From contig NC_042999.1 in the NCBI RefSeq assembly GCF_006345805.1, positions 20,584,001-20,648,000 of the forward strand: DNA of 64,000 bases, written 5' to 3'. This document shows, piece by piece, positions 12,551-25,584 of this stretch. Both the position numbers and the translations under genes were made by a program. The notes below the pieces were generated by a model. The model was not told the origin of the DNA. It did not search any database and saw only the letters and a program-made list of their open reading frames with translations. Numbering within the stretch: position 1 is the first letter of the stretch; each line of letters opens with the position of its first letter. This DNA comes from Octopus sinensis. Its lineage: Eukaryota.

Positions 12551-13108
12551 AGGAAAAGGAAGGATCCAAGGAAGGGAAGACGGAGACAAAAATCGCCAAC
12601 GGTACACACACGGTCACATGTATATATATGTATATCCAAAATCAAGTAGTAGGAGTGAAGAGAGAAGAGGGAAAATAATAATTCAGAGAAGGAAGAGTAG
12701 TGAGGGTAATAGCCATGACTGAGAGGGAGTGAGAGAAACAATAGCAATGCGAAAGAGGAAGCGGCAAAGTGGGCATCGTGTATCTTCTACTATTATAATC
12801 TAATATAATAATACTCTTGTATATTTCTCCGTTACAATATATGAATGAGAAAGGAATGCGATGGTGAAAAGCCAAAGGTGAAACTAAAATCAAACAGCGC
12901 TTCAACCGTGTGTGAGTATATATGTGTGCGTGTAAAAAAGGAGGAATGGGGATGCTTGTGTGTGTGTGTGTGTGTGTCTGTGTAAAATATATTTATATAT
13001 TTGAGTGAGTGTATATGTGTTTGTGTATGTTTATATGTTTATTTAGAAAGATTCATAGCCAATAGAATTACAGATACGCGCATTTATACACACACACATG
13101 TATATATA

Positions 13109-13158
<50 letters not shown>

Positions 13159-15101
13159 CCGTACTTTTTAGTGGTTGGCGTATGTTTACGTTCGCTATTG
13201 TGTACTCTATCCCTTGAGTTGCCCGCGATCACCGTCCCGCGCATTATCTTAGCTATTTTAGGTTATGTTCAAGTCATGAGACTAGCAGTAGACCAATGAC
13301 ATGCGGATACTTTACATGCATAATACCGTGTTGTGATTTGTAGCACACGCAAGTTATTTTCTGAACTTGAGCAGAATAACTCGTGCATATCATATTAGGA
13401 TAAATGGCTTCACATAGTTCGTTTTCATAAACCGGTTGACGTAAATGTATGACGCTGACGCTATGTTATTGTAACGATGAACGTAAATAGACGCGAGCTC
13501 GTTGGCACTTGTGTGTTTGTGTGGCCTCATCAGATACAAAAACAGGAGCAGTGTCTCGCATGCTTCGGGTAATACCGCCGTCAAGGGGTTGTGTTCTGGT
13601 TGAACACTGGACTCGGTGTAATCGACTTAACACCCCTCTCCCCGAAATTACTGCCTTTGTGGAAAAATTTGTACTCGATATACTCTAGGTTGGCAGACAC
13701 TTTCATAAAATTCAATGCCACGATTGATCTAAAGTTTCTATGTCTGAAAGAGAAGAAATCAAAGAAAATATCACTCTCCCTCGGGGGTTGAGGGCAAGTA
13801 AATATTTCTAAATTGCTTGTTATGAACTGCATTCTCTGGAACAGTACTTCGTAATTTCTTTGAATTGGTGACGCTTCGTAGATCAAATTTAAGAAGAAAA
13901 AAAAGTATTAAAACCCTGAAAATCAAATACAAAAATATATTGACACACTTGACATGAAAAGCAATTCGAAATTATTTTAAATTAGGAAACAATAATTTAG
14001 TAAATTGTTGTATTATAAAATCCTGAATAAAAATAATTTTGTCACTTGTATCATAAATTTGAAGACACCGATTAACAAATTTGGGTTTTAACGTGCGTGT
14101 TTCAGCGTATTTGTGTGTGGGGAGGGTGTCCGAGTTTGTGCGTGTGTGTGTGTGTGAGTGCGTGTGTACGTGCTTATGCGCGTGTTTATATTAAAAGTCC
14201 TCTTTATATGTGTTTTCCTAGCAACTTGCACGCGTGCGAAATCTACTCATTTCAAATCGTTAAGTGAATGGGTTTCCAGTCAACTGCGCCCGTAATTTGC
14301 TCATCGTTCTTTGATCAAAATTCCAGCTTATTATGCGAGTTTTATTTTCGTGAGAAAGTCGTTCGTTATTGAACTTTTCGTTTAGAGAAGTATTTCTATA
14401 TGGGTACAATACTGAAGTTTTAGAAAAGTAATTATGAGAATACTTAATTACACATCTCTCGAAAGGGAACTTATAACTCATGTATCTGGATTTACAAAGC
14501 CCAGTTTCAACCGCAATGGAAGCAATGACATCTGCTTCATGAAATGCCTATTTTCCCGCATGTTAACTATAGTTAACATCATATCGTCCCATTATCTGTT
14601 AGAGAGAGCCGTTAAACGTCGCTAAAATCTCATCTTACTGTATTCAGAAAAGAATTAGATTATGCGTCTGAATATACTACTAAGACATATAATAAGTTCG
14701 CCAACGGAATGCATTCGGTTGAATATTTCTTTCATTCCTTCATTACACTCTTCGCTCCCAATAGAAATTAGGCTCTCGTCTTTATTTTCGGTTGCATTTT
14801 CTTCTCCGAGTTGGGATTGATTTTGATTTGCCACCGATGATCGTGCAACTTTGCAAGTTTTCTAGGAAGGGTTGTTGGCCCTATTCAGATTCATGATTAT
14901 CTCCGGGAAAGGTGATCAGTATGAGTCTCACCTCTCTCCTCTGATCTTCCCGCATGGCGGGGTGTCCTATTCAGTAGTGTTGTTCATTAAGGAGCAAGGG
15001 AAGTCACCGTTCCCCATAGGCGTATTTTTTTTAAAATTGGCGCATTTTCAAAGATTTTTTAAGCTTTAGTTCACTCGTTCGATAACGGTCGAACCGCTCT
15101 C

Positions 15102-15814
15102 GGAAATTTACCTTTAGACCGGCAGATTTAAAAAATAAATAAAACTATAATAAGATTTTCAAACTTCAGATACTGGTAGAATGTGTCATATAAACGATCT
15201 TTTACTCATAGCATTTTTGAGGAAAACTTATATTTACGAAGTTATTTCACGTGAAAGTTCTCATATTTCGGTAATTTCAAGCAATCAATGACGTATTCAT
15301 CTGAATAAAATTACTGCCATTGTTTGTCAACAACAACTATCGGCGGTGTATTTTTCGTTTGTCACTGTTATTTATGGCATCGTTAGTACGTTTGTACTGG
15401 TTTTAAGGTTTTAGGATTAGGGTTTTAGGGTTAGGATTTTAGGGTTAAGGTTAGGGTTTTAAGTTTGCGGTTAGCGTTAAGGTTTTAGGGTTAGGGTTGG
15501 GGTTTAGGGTTGGGGTTTTAGGGTTAGGGTTAAGGTATTAGGGTTAGGGTTGGCATAAATAACAGTGACAAATGAAATACACCCCGCCGGAAGTTCTTGT
15601 TGACAAACAATAGCAGTAATTTTATTCGGCTGAATACACGTCATTGATTGATTGAAATTACCGAAATACGAGAACTTTAACATGAAATAACTTCGTAAAT
15701 ATAAGTTTTTTTCAAAAATGCTAAGAGTAAAATATATTTTATATGACACATTCTACCAGTGTCCGAAGTATTTAAGTGTTTTTTTAAATCTGTAGGTCAA
15801 AAGGTAAAGATTCC
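15102..15814. mobile_element. Foldback MITE with ~280-bp TIRs and central degenerate (TTAGGG)n
   Basis: 15102-15380 is the reverse complement of ~15550-15814; termini GGAAATTTACC / GGTAAAGATTCC; flanking direct repeat CGCTCTC. Confidence 0.85.
15398..15553 (+). repeat. Interstitial telomeric-type repeat (TTAGGG/TTTTAGGG variants)
   Basis: Direct inspection. Confidence 0.9.
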
Positions 15815-16216
15815 CGCTCTCAATTTTTTTTTTCTTTTTGTTAATCGTATGACATTGGAAGAACATTTTCGGGTCATTATTTTATTTAACGAACATCCAT
15901 ACTTTTATTTATTTTTATTTATTTATTTATTTATTTTTTTCTTCTGAACTGCCTGCTCAATATCTTGTGAGGTGTTAGTGGCAGCTGATTTCAGAAAAAC
16001 CAAAAGAAACCCTGACATCGAAACCTCTCGTCGTGATTCCGTGGAGTTTCATCTTTTTCACGTCACGTCTATATCAGTAGTTGTAAGTGTCAAACATTAT
16101 GATAATTTTTTACAGAAACAGGAAATTAATGAATGTAATACAGGTAATGAAATATTTCGCGTTATATGTGAGAAATGAGTTTAAAATCGTTTGGTTGTGT
16201 CATGGTGCCATTTTTG

Positions 16217-16517
16217 TGGAGGCAAATGGCCTAGTGGTTAGAGAAGCGGACTCGCGGTCAAGGGATCGCGGGTTCGAATCTCAGACCTGGCGATGTGTGT
16301 GTTTATGAGCGAAAGACCTAAGCTCCACGTGGCTCCGGCAGAAGGTAATGGCGAACGTTTGCTGATTCTTTCGCCATAACCTTCTCTCAGTCTTTCCTCC
16401 TGCATCTTGCAGCTTACCTGCGACGGACCGGCGTCCCGTCCAGGTGGGGGGAACCTATACGCCTAGGAAAACGGGAAACCGGCCCTAATGAACCAGGCGT
16501 GGCTCGAGAGGGAACAA
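16217..16517 (+). mobile_element. SINE family C head + tail type T2
   Basis: TGGCCTAGTGGTTAG (A box) and GGTTCGAATCTC (B box); tail shared with family D copies. Confidence 0.85.
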
Positions 16518-16862
16518 ATTCCCAACTTTAGAACCTGGCTACACTACTGTAGTAGGACTCCTACTAGAAGCTTCCGCCCTGCTGGAAGCTAGCTCTTGGC
16601 GGTCAAGCCAGCACACACCAACAACGGCAAATAATTTTCCAGAAAAATTGTACATAGTTCTGTCTAGAAGCAAAAATAAGCAACTTTCAGTACAAACAGA
16701 GCCACGCACTAGTAAGAAGATATTGTGAAACGTGCACATCTACAGAGATATATCTTAATATTTGCTTGCCTCAAATTGAGTGAATCCCAAATGATTTCGG
16801 TTAAAAGGCGGTTTTAAAAGAGGCATAAAAATCATAAAACACAAGGCTAATAAAATAGATAT

Positions 16863-16930
<68 letters not shown>

Positions 16931-17549
16931 CCAATGATACAGTAAATCAAACACAAAGAAAACAAATAAAATAGGTGAAAAAATAATTGAGTGGTGTCAA
17001 AAATATAACAAAAAAATTCATTGAAAAAGAAATAAGACTAAAAACAATAGCTTCAAAGAACTAGCAAAAGGAAAAAAAAACTCCAGAAAAGCACGTGTAA
17101 AACGAAATAAATAAAAGTAGTTTTTTTAAGAATTAAAAAAAAAACAAAAAAAAAAATTATATAAATTGACACAAAAGAAATCTTTCATCAAAGATAACTG
17201 TAATTTATTGTTTTCAAACTTTCGCCCCCATGGCGTTTGTTAAGCGCACTCGTACACATAAGCACACTTATACATAGAAACAGCTATTCAGTCATAGAAA
17301 CGCATAAGATGACGATTTGTGAGTGCGTATGCTAGTGTGTGCAGAATATGGCGTACTTTACCTCTTATTTACTTTTAACTCGGACAGTTTTCTATTTCCA
17401 TTGTTCTTTGTCTGTTGGTGTTAGTGAATGTCTCGCTTCGTAACCTTCCCGCCTTCCCGTCCATAAAAAAATGTGTGCATGCATGGCATGGGTTTATTTA
17501 TATATATATATATATGTATGTATATATTGTGCACCATTGATTTTGTACG

Positions 17550-18410
<861 letters not shown>

Positions 18411-18927
18411 ATCACCAATGCGATTTTTGATTCTTTTATAGCTCTTGGTCCCGCTAAATCTTTGCTTTATTTTTCTCACACCATCTCTCTCTCTCTCTCT
18501 CTCCTTCTTTCCCAGCAACACACTCAGCGTAACTCCCTCCACTACATGTCTCGCAATTCTTCTGTTTCTCAAGTCGTTGGCCTATATTCAATAATTTTTG
18601 TTGTTATTGTTTATCGTATTACTTCAACGTTCTTTTGTATTCTCTTGCACTCGAAGTGCTGTGACAACAACTGAGTTGTAAATAAGGTGATTCTTTTGAC
18701 CTCAAAGTTAATGAAGTTCGCTATTTGGCTATTCACACACACTACTGGTCGCCCATGTTCTTAAAAAATCAGTCAACCTCATAAGTACCATAACAACAAC
18801 GAAGTCAAGAAGACCGCCCATTCAATGAATATTAAAAAAAATTATCAAAGAATTCTTAAATAAATTCTTCATTAATTCGGGGTTGTGTGAAGTAATTACA
18901 TTTAGTTTCGAATTGAAAAAAAACAAA

Positions 18928-19365
18928 GGATCTTTTCGGTTTGAACGACAGTTTTTAACATAATTTTTAGGTAACTAAAAAATTTTAAACTTCGTATACT
19001 GGTAGAATGTGTTTATAAAACATCTTTTTCTCTTGGCTTTATTGAGAAACTTCTATAGTTTGTAAGATATTTGTTGTTGTTTTTTTCTTCAATTTCTGCA
19101 ATTCCAACCAATCAATGACGTGTATTGGGGTAAAAAAAAACATTCTGTGCCGTATGAATATGTCCCTCGTTTAAGAAATAGATTGGGTTTATTTACATTG
19201 TGAAGAAAAAAAGATACCCTTCCCCCACCCCTAACCCTAAACCTAACTAACCCTAACTAACCCTAACCCTATGAAATGCAATAGATCGACACTAAGGTCA
19301 TAATTATGGGTGACAATTTCATATGACACCGCTAGAAAAAAGTGCCATTGAAACCGAAAAGATCC
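18928..19365. mobile_element. MITE with 15-bp TIR, 8-bp TSD and internal (CCCTAA)n; Merlin-like termini
   Basis: GGATCTTTTCGGTTT...AAACCGAAAAGATCC; TSD AAAACAAA at 18920-18927 and 19366-19373; shares subterminal sequence with the 15102 element. Confidence 0.85.
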
Positions 19366-19539
19366 AAAACAAATAGCATTGGTATAGAAGTGAACCGGGT
19401 AAATGTGGATGGAACATGATTTGGTCTGAGCACTTCATATTATTAGAGGCTATATGGTATCTGTGTAATGAAATTAGCAGTGCGGTTCGTTTAACGGTAA
19501 CTTTTTCCCGATTAGTTGATCCTGTTTTGTTTCTTATAT

Positions 19540-19765
19540 CTTTACTGTCCACAAGGGGCTACACACAGAGAGGACAAACAAGGACAGACAAACGGATTAA
19601 GTCGATTATATCTACCCCAGTGCATAAGTTGTACTTATTTAATCGACCCTGAAAGGATGAAAGGCAAAGTCGACTTCGGCGGAATTTGAACTCAGAACGT
19701 AGTGGCAGACGAAATACCGTTAAGCATTTCGCCCAGCGCGCTAACGTTTCTGGCAGCTTGCCGCC
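19540..19765 (-). mobile_element. SINE family B
   Basis: Reverse complement of the 39758 copy. Confidence 0.85.
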
Positions 19766-20336
19766 TAGTCTGTTTGATCCTGTTTTGTTTCTGTGTCCAG
19801 ACGGGTAAGGCGAACGTGTTTATATGTAGCCGACAGTATGGTATCTGATGCAAAATACCTCATGAAAGGTAGCGAGGAGCTGCATTTTTCTATCGTCTTG
19901 GTTTAACAGCCCTCAACGTTTGTTTTTACTGTCATGTTCTCACTGTCCTATTTTTGTTACCACTTTTACCCTCCGCAAAATATTCCAAATTTTATTATTA
20001 TATGCGGAAAGGACTGTTTCAACGAAGTAGCGTATTGTCCTTACCTTCGTAACTCGGAGTTGATGAAACAGGGACAACTGATGAAGGGGAATTTCTTTAT
20101 GTTGCATGTGTCATTTCTCTGTTTGTCTTTTTTGGTTGTTCGAAAAAATGTTCGTTTTCTATGTTTTTGTTTTCATTTCTCATTGTGTTCAACGTTTTTT
20201 GATGTCCTGTATCCAAATATGCATGTGTATATACATATATATGTAGGTATGTACATATATGTATATATATATATGCACATATTATATATTTTATTATTAT
20301 ATGATTGAAAGCCACCCATCATTTTCCAAGTAAGTT

Positions 20337-20395
<59 letters not shown>

Positions 20396-20419
20396 ATATA
20401 TATATATTATATATATATA

Positions 20420-20462
<43 letters not shown>

Positions 20463-20787
20463 CATATATATATATATCTTAAATCAACCATTACTAATGA
20501 TAAAAATTCGTCACACCGTTTTTAGATAGCAGACATACAAATTTGTTCAAAATGGTTTCTTTACAAAATGTATTCATAAAATCAATAAAGGGAGTTGTTA
20601 TACAGCGGCGTCTCTCGTTTCCATGGTATTCTACCATCGGATATGTTTGTTGTTTTCTTTAGGACAGAGTATTCTGCTTGTAAGACCAAGAAGTGTAACA
20701 GAATGCAACAGTCTCTCACACCAGTAATACGTTTTCATGGGAAATATTGATTTCCAGAGAATGTGCGCTATTTGGTCATCTTATTTT

Positions 20788-21352
20788 CTTTTCTGCTCTT
20801 AGCACAAGGCCAGAAATTTTTGGGAAGGGGGCCAGTTGATTAGACAGAACTGGTACTTAATTTATCGACCCCGAAAGGATGAAAGGCAAAGTCGAACTCG
20901 CCGGAATTTGAATTCAGAACGTAAAGAGAGACGAAATACCTATTTCTTTACTACCCACAAGGAGCTAAACACAGAGAGTACAAACAAGGACAGACAAACG
21001 GATGAAGTCGATTATATGGACACAGTGCGTAACTGGTATTTATTTAATCGACCCCGAAAGGATGGAAGGCAAAGTTAACCTCGACGGAATTTGAACTCAG
21101 AACGTAGCGACAGGCGAAATACCTATTTCTTTACTACCCACAAGGGGCTAAGCACAGAGGAGACAATCAAGGACAGACAGACGGATTAAGTTGATTATAT
21201 CGACCACAGTGCCTAACTGGTATATATTTAATCGATCCCGAAAGGATGAAAGGTAAACTCGACCTCGGCGGAATTTGAACTCGGAACGTAAAGATAGACG
21301 AAATACTGGTAAGCATTTCGCCCGGCGTGCTAACGTGTCTGTCAGCTCGCCG
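20788..21352 (-). mobile_element. SINE family B multimer (three ~180-bp core units)
   Basis: CGACCCCGAAAGGATGAAAGGCAAAGTCGA core recurs at ~20865, ~21050 and ~21230; a single head at ~21350. Confidence 0.85.
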
Positions 21353-21354
21353 TC

Positions 21355-21810
21355 GTCACACATTGTCGGCAAATACACTAAGCTCCGGCTGTATAACAGC
21401 AAAGCTCTACCAACATTATTCCACACCAGTGACACATGGAAGAATACCGTAGAAATCGACCGAAAGCATGATGTGTTCCTCCAAAGATGCCTGAGAATGA
21501 TTTCCAAAACATACTGGCAAGACAAAATAATCAATAAAAATGTTCTTTTTAAAGAAAGACAACAGAATAACGCTTAATGAAATCATCAGACAACGAAGAT
21601 TAAATCTAGCAGGCTACATTGTCAGGCTTCCAGAACAGCAGACATCATTGGAAAGAAAAAGAAATGAGGCAGGCCGAAAACTTCTCGGCGCAGAACATGC
21701 ATAGCTGTTATGAAAGAATCCAATATCGTGGCTGGATGCTGAGAAAGCTATATCCAAGAGATCAGTGGTGCTAACTTGCTACAGAATATAATGGAGAACA
21801 CAGGAGGAAA
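21355..21810 (+). mobile_element. Degenerate RTE-like LINE 3' fragment
   Basis: TKLRLYNSKALPTLFHTSDTWK...FLQRCLRMISKTYWQDKI; downstream RRL..AGYIVR and GRPKTSRRR. Confidence 0.7.
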
Positions 21811-22727
21811 TTGAAATTTGACTGAGACTACAATGGGTTAGCAAGAGTGTGTATCACACAGGAAACCATTTATTTTACTGCCCTCCCCAAATATACTACC
21901 GTATAGATTAGACACAGTAATAAACTACGCCCAAGGTGGAGTGGCCATGACCGTCTCCTACTAATGCTACAGCTTAACTACCTGTAAACAAATGAAAACG
22001 AAAATTAATACTCATATTGTAAGAAAAAATGTAACTGAATTATAACAAAACAATTAGTACTTATTTTATTGCACCTGAAAAATGAAGTGATGACGCGTAG
22101 TTCAGTGATGAGGATTATTCGTGGCATGATATACTTCATACATATTTACAAACATGTCCTAAAGTGGGGGTTAAAGGTTGAATTCAAAGGCTATAGTGAA
22201 AGACAAATTTGAAAGGAAATTACACAAACTATCCAATTTCACTTTTGATGTTGCTGAGTCTAAAGCCAACTGCGTGTTAAGCGAAATACTTAACCATTAT
22301 CAGATCTACTGATTTCCCTATGAAATTTCAATGTTTCTAATACATATTATTTTTTTGCTAATACTGCTTTTATTTTTGATTAAGGTGATTGTGTTGATAT
22401 TAGAATAGAGAGCATAATACTAAATGCAAATGAAGAGTATGTTAGATGATAAAATGTTAATCCATTGAGAAAGTATGAGAGAAACGAACTCAACGAAATG
22501 GTGAGATATGTTTAAGAGTGTTCCTGGATGACAAGAATCTCAAAAGTGAGTAATAAACTGTATTGAATAAATTTTCTTGGGTAGACATTTTGGTAGCCCC
22601 ATAAGCGAACGAACGCATGGTTAGAAATATTATGCACATTTCCGAATCTGTAAAAAAACAACACATTCTTTTCTACTCTAGGCACAAAGGTCGAAATTTT
22701 GGATAGGGGTCAGTCGATTAAATCTTT

Positions 22728-23010
22728 TGTTCGATTCCTGGCAGCAAGTGTGACCTTGCACAAGACACTTTATTTCATGTCGCACTTTATTCCACTTTAT
22801 TCCAGTTCACTCAACTGGCAAAAATGATTGGTACCTGTAATTCAAAAGGCCACTTTTACTCATTCTGGGTTAGGCTAGATCTCCTTGAACACTAATCAAT
22901 GGTGTGCGTGTTTGTGAAGTGCTCAGCCACCTGCACGTTAATTTCATCAGCCGGAAGTTCTGTTGATCGTATCGACTGGGGCACACATCGTCGTAACAGA
23001 CAGAGTGCCG
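22728..23010 (+). mobile_element. SINE: D-type core + T1 tail (diverged)
   Basis: CCAGTTCACTCAACTGGCAAAAATG core; tail CTCAGCCAC..CACGTTAATTTCA...GTCGTAAC matches the 62091 copy. Confidence 0.65.
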
Positions 23011-23260
23011 TTTTTCTTCAGAATACAAATAAATTTCATCCCTCCAGATTTAAATCCAAAAGTTAAAGAGTTTTAAATTAAATACTATCAAACATTCTGC
23101 ACGGCCTTCTACTGATTCTGGCATCTGAATGTCTTTTTATTTTCTTACATATTAGTGCTTAACAATTACAGACAATAAATGAAGAATTAATTGTTTTTCA
23201 TTTCGCAAAAACGAAAAAAAAAAACCTCCAGCGTCAGTTGACTACACAGTGGCCTTAATA

Positions 23261-23306
<46 letters not shown>

Positions 23307-23379
23307 TAATAATAATAATGATAATAATATGTTATCCCAGTGTCACTTTGTTGGCATGCACAGCTCTCTCACTGAATGA

Positions 23380-23571
23380 TAATAATAACATCAAAAAAAT
23401 ACCTTAGGAATGAGAACCCAGATTCAAAATTTCCCCAAGACACCTGATGAAGGTTGGAGGGTAGTTCAGTCGAAACGTTGTGTTAACAACAAACAAGATG
23501 AGGACAAATATCCATCAAATATAGATAATGTAAATAATGTACATAATTCCTCATCTCTTAAATATAGAACT
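23380..23571 (+). mobile_element. HHR-bearing short element, family H1
   Basis: Collinear with 6170..6345; preceded by AAT repeats. Confidence 0.75.
23439..23484 (+). ncRNA. Minimal type I hammerhead ribozyme motif, intact core
   Basis: GACAC-CTGATGA-aGGTTG..CAGTC-GAAA-CGTT-GTGTT. Confidence 0.7.
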
Positions 23572-23876
23572 GCAATTGTCACTTGTTTGAAAATGAAAAT
23601 TGAGACGAAGAATTAAAGAATTACCATTTTTTACTTGTGTAAGGAAGAAAAGTTTTAGGTCTATTTGTTGCACAAATACGTTGAAAATTGCACTTTATGA
23701 AATGCTATTTTAATATAAAATAGAAGACTGATAACGTTTAGAAAGAGTGGCTATATATAAACTTAATATTTTCATTTTCAGGTAAATATCTGCGAAAATA
23801 ACAGAGAATCAAAATATTATTCTTTATTTATATCTAAACATGTCGGTAAAACGAAGAATATTCGTATTTCCTCTTA

Positions 23877-24092
23877 CGAGTGGGTGCTGAAAAATTCCTG
23901 GCTTTGGGTAAAAGAAAATAGAGGAGGATCAGTGTATTGTGACTTCACTCAACAATATACCGCCTCAGATTCACGCACTTATTGCAGCGGTCCTTCAGTT
24001 TTTCTAAAGCCCTGTAAAATAACTCAAATGTTTGTGCCACCAGCCAGGCCTTTCGCGACACCCTTCAAGCAAGAACTTTCCGGTACATCTCG
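23877..24092. mobile_element. Mariner-type MITE
   Basis: TA|CGAGTGGGTGCTGAAAAATTCC...GAACTTTCCGGTACATCTCG|TA imperfect TIRs. Confidence 0.6.
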
Positions 24093-24563
24093 TATATTCC
24101 TTAAACGATAATGTTTAACAGCAGCTAGCTAACTTACATTAACCTCGGGCGAAGTTATTTTACTGTGTGTTATCTGTAAGCTAGTATACTAGGGGAGGGC
24201 AGCAAACTCAATGGTTTCCTGTGTGGTACACCTTCTAGCTACCCCACTGCAGTCTCAGCTGAATTTAAAAAGTTATTATCTTGTAATATCATATCTAGTT
24301 ATTTATAAGTATTTTTTATTATTATTGCCATTGTTTTCACAATTTCATCATTTAAGTAACATATGCGTATTGTATTTGTTGTTGCGTGTCTTGGCAAACC
24401 ACGAAATCGTTTTATAGGTACATAGATATAAAGATCTAGCCTTCAGCTACTGGTGTGATTAGTGGCTTCAAAGATATTAATTAGTGCTTTATCTTTTCAC
24501 CACTTCCTCCTCTTCGAGTTTCGGTTCAAGTTTCTTGCAGCCTAAAAACCTTCAGGAGAAACT

Positions 24564-24564
<1 letters not shown>

Positions 24565-24655
<91 letters not shown>

Positions 24656-24680
24656 GCTAGCTAGCTAGCTAGCTAGCTAT
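24565..24680. repeat. (CTAT)n/(CTAG)n tetranucleotide repeat
   Basis: Direct inspection. Confidence 0.95.
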
Positions 24681-25090
24681 CAATCTATTTATCTATCTTT
24701 CTATCTGTCTGTCTTTTGTCTGTCTGTCTACTTATGTTTTTGTCTATTACTCTGCTTGTCTGCATTCTGGAACGTACGTACGTACATATGTACACACACA
24801 CATATATGTATGTATGCATATGTACACACACATATATGCATATATACATACACACATATGCATACACACACAGGTACGTATAGATCTACAGCTGTCTGCC
24901 TATGTATGTTTAGTTATCACGCATGCATAATTACATGCATATATGTATTCATCTATGTGTGAATATATTTATATATGTGTATATCCAGGTAGACAACAAA
25001 ATAGTCAAATCTACGACAGGTAGAGTGAACAAGTTCCCTCTGCTAATAAGTCTTTTTGAAGTAGCTCCAAATAACCGAAGCTGACATAGT

Positions 25091-25353
25091 CTTTTACTCT
25101 TTTACTTGTTTCTGTCATTTGACCGTGGACATGCTGGAGCACCGCCTTTAGTCGAGCAAATCAACCCCAGGACTTGTTCGTTTTAAGCCTTGTACATATT
25201 CTATCGGTCTATTTTGCCGAACCGCTAGAATACGGGGATATAAACACACCAGCATCGGTTGTCAAGCGATGATCGGGGGACAACACAGACACACAAACAT
25301 ATACACAGATACACACACACACACACACACACACACAACACACACACACACAT

Positions 25354-25404
<51 letters not shown>

Positions 25405-25541
25405 GACGGGCTTCTTTCAGTTTCCATCTACCAAATCCACTCACTCACAAGGCTTGGGTCGGGCCGAGGCTATAGTAGAAGACACTTGCCCAATGTTCCA
25501 CGCAGTGGGACTGAACTCGGAACCATGTGGTTCTTAAGCAA
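25091..25541 (-). mobile_element. SINE family A
   Basis: Reverse complement of the 61494 copy with an expanded internal CA/TA tract. Confidence 0.9.
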
Positions 25542-25584
25542 GTATTTTCTCGCGACTTAACTTTTGAATTTAGGAGACACATTT

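Noticed and set aside
13520-13535. Other isolated CTGATGA hits (13527 minus, ~20078, ~29190, ~59863 minus)
   Set aside because: No stem II + GAAA downstream, so not hammerheads
15398-15553. True telomere or chromosome-fusion scar
   Set aside because: Short, degenerate, single orientation, and enclosed in MITE arms
16217-16290. tRNA-like A/B boxes
   Set aside because: SINE heads; no complete cloverleaf or acceptor stem, and they continue into SINE bodies
20788-21352. CRISPR-like regularly spaced repeats
   Set aside because: Whole ~180-bp units repeat without unique spacers; eukaryotic SINE multimer, no cas genes
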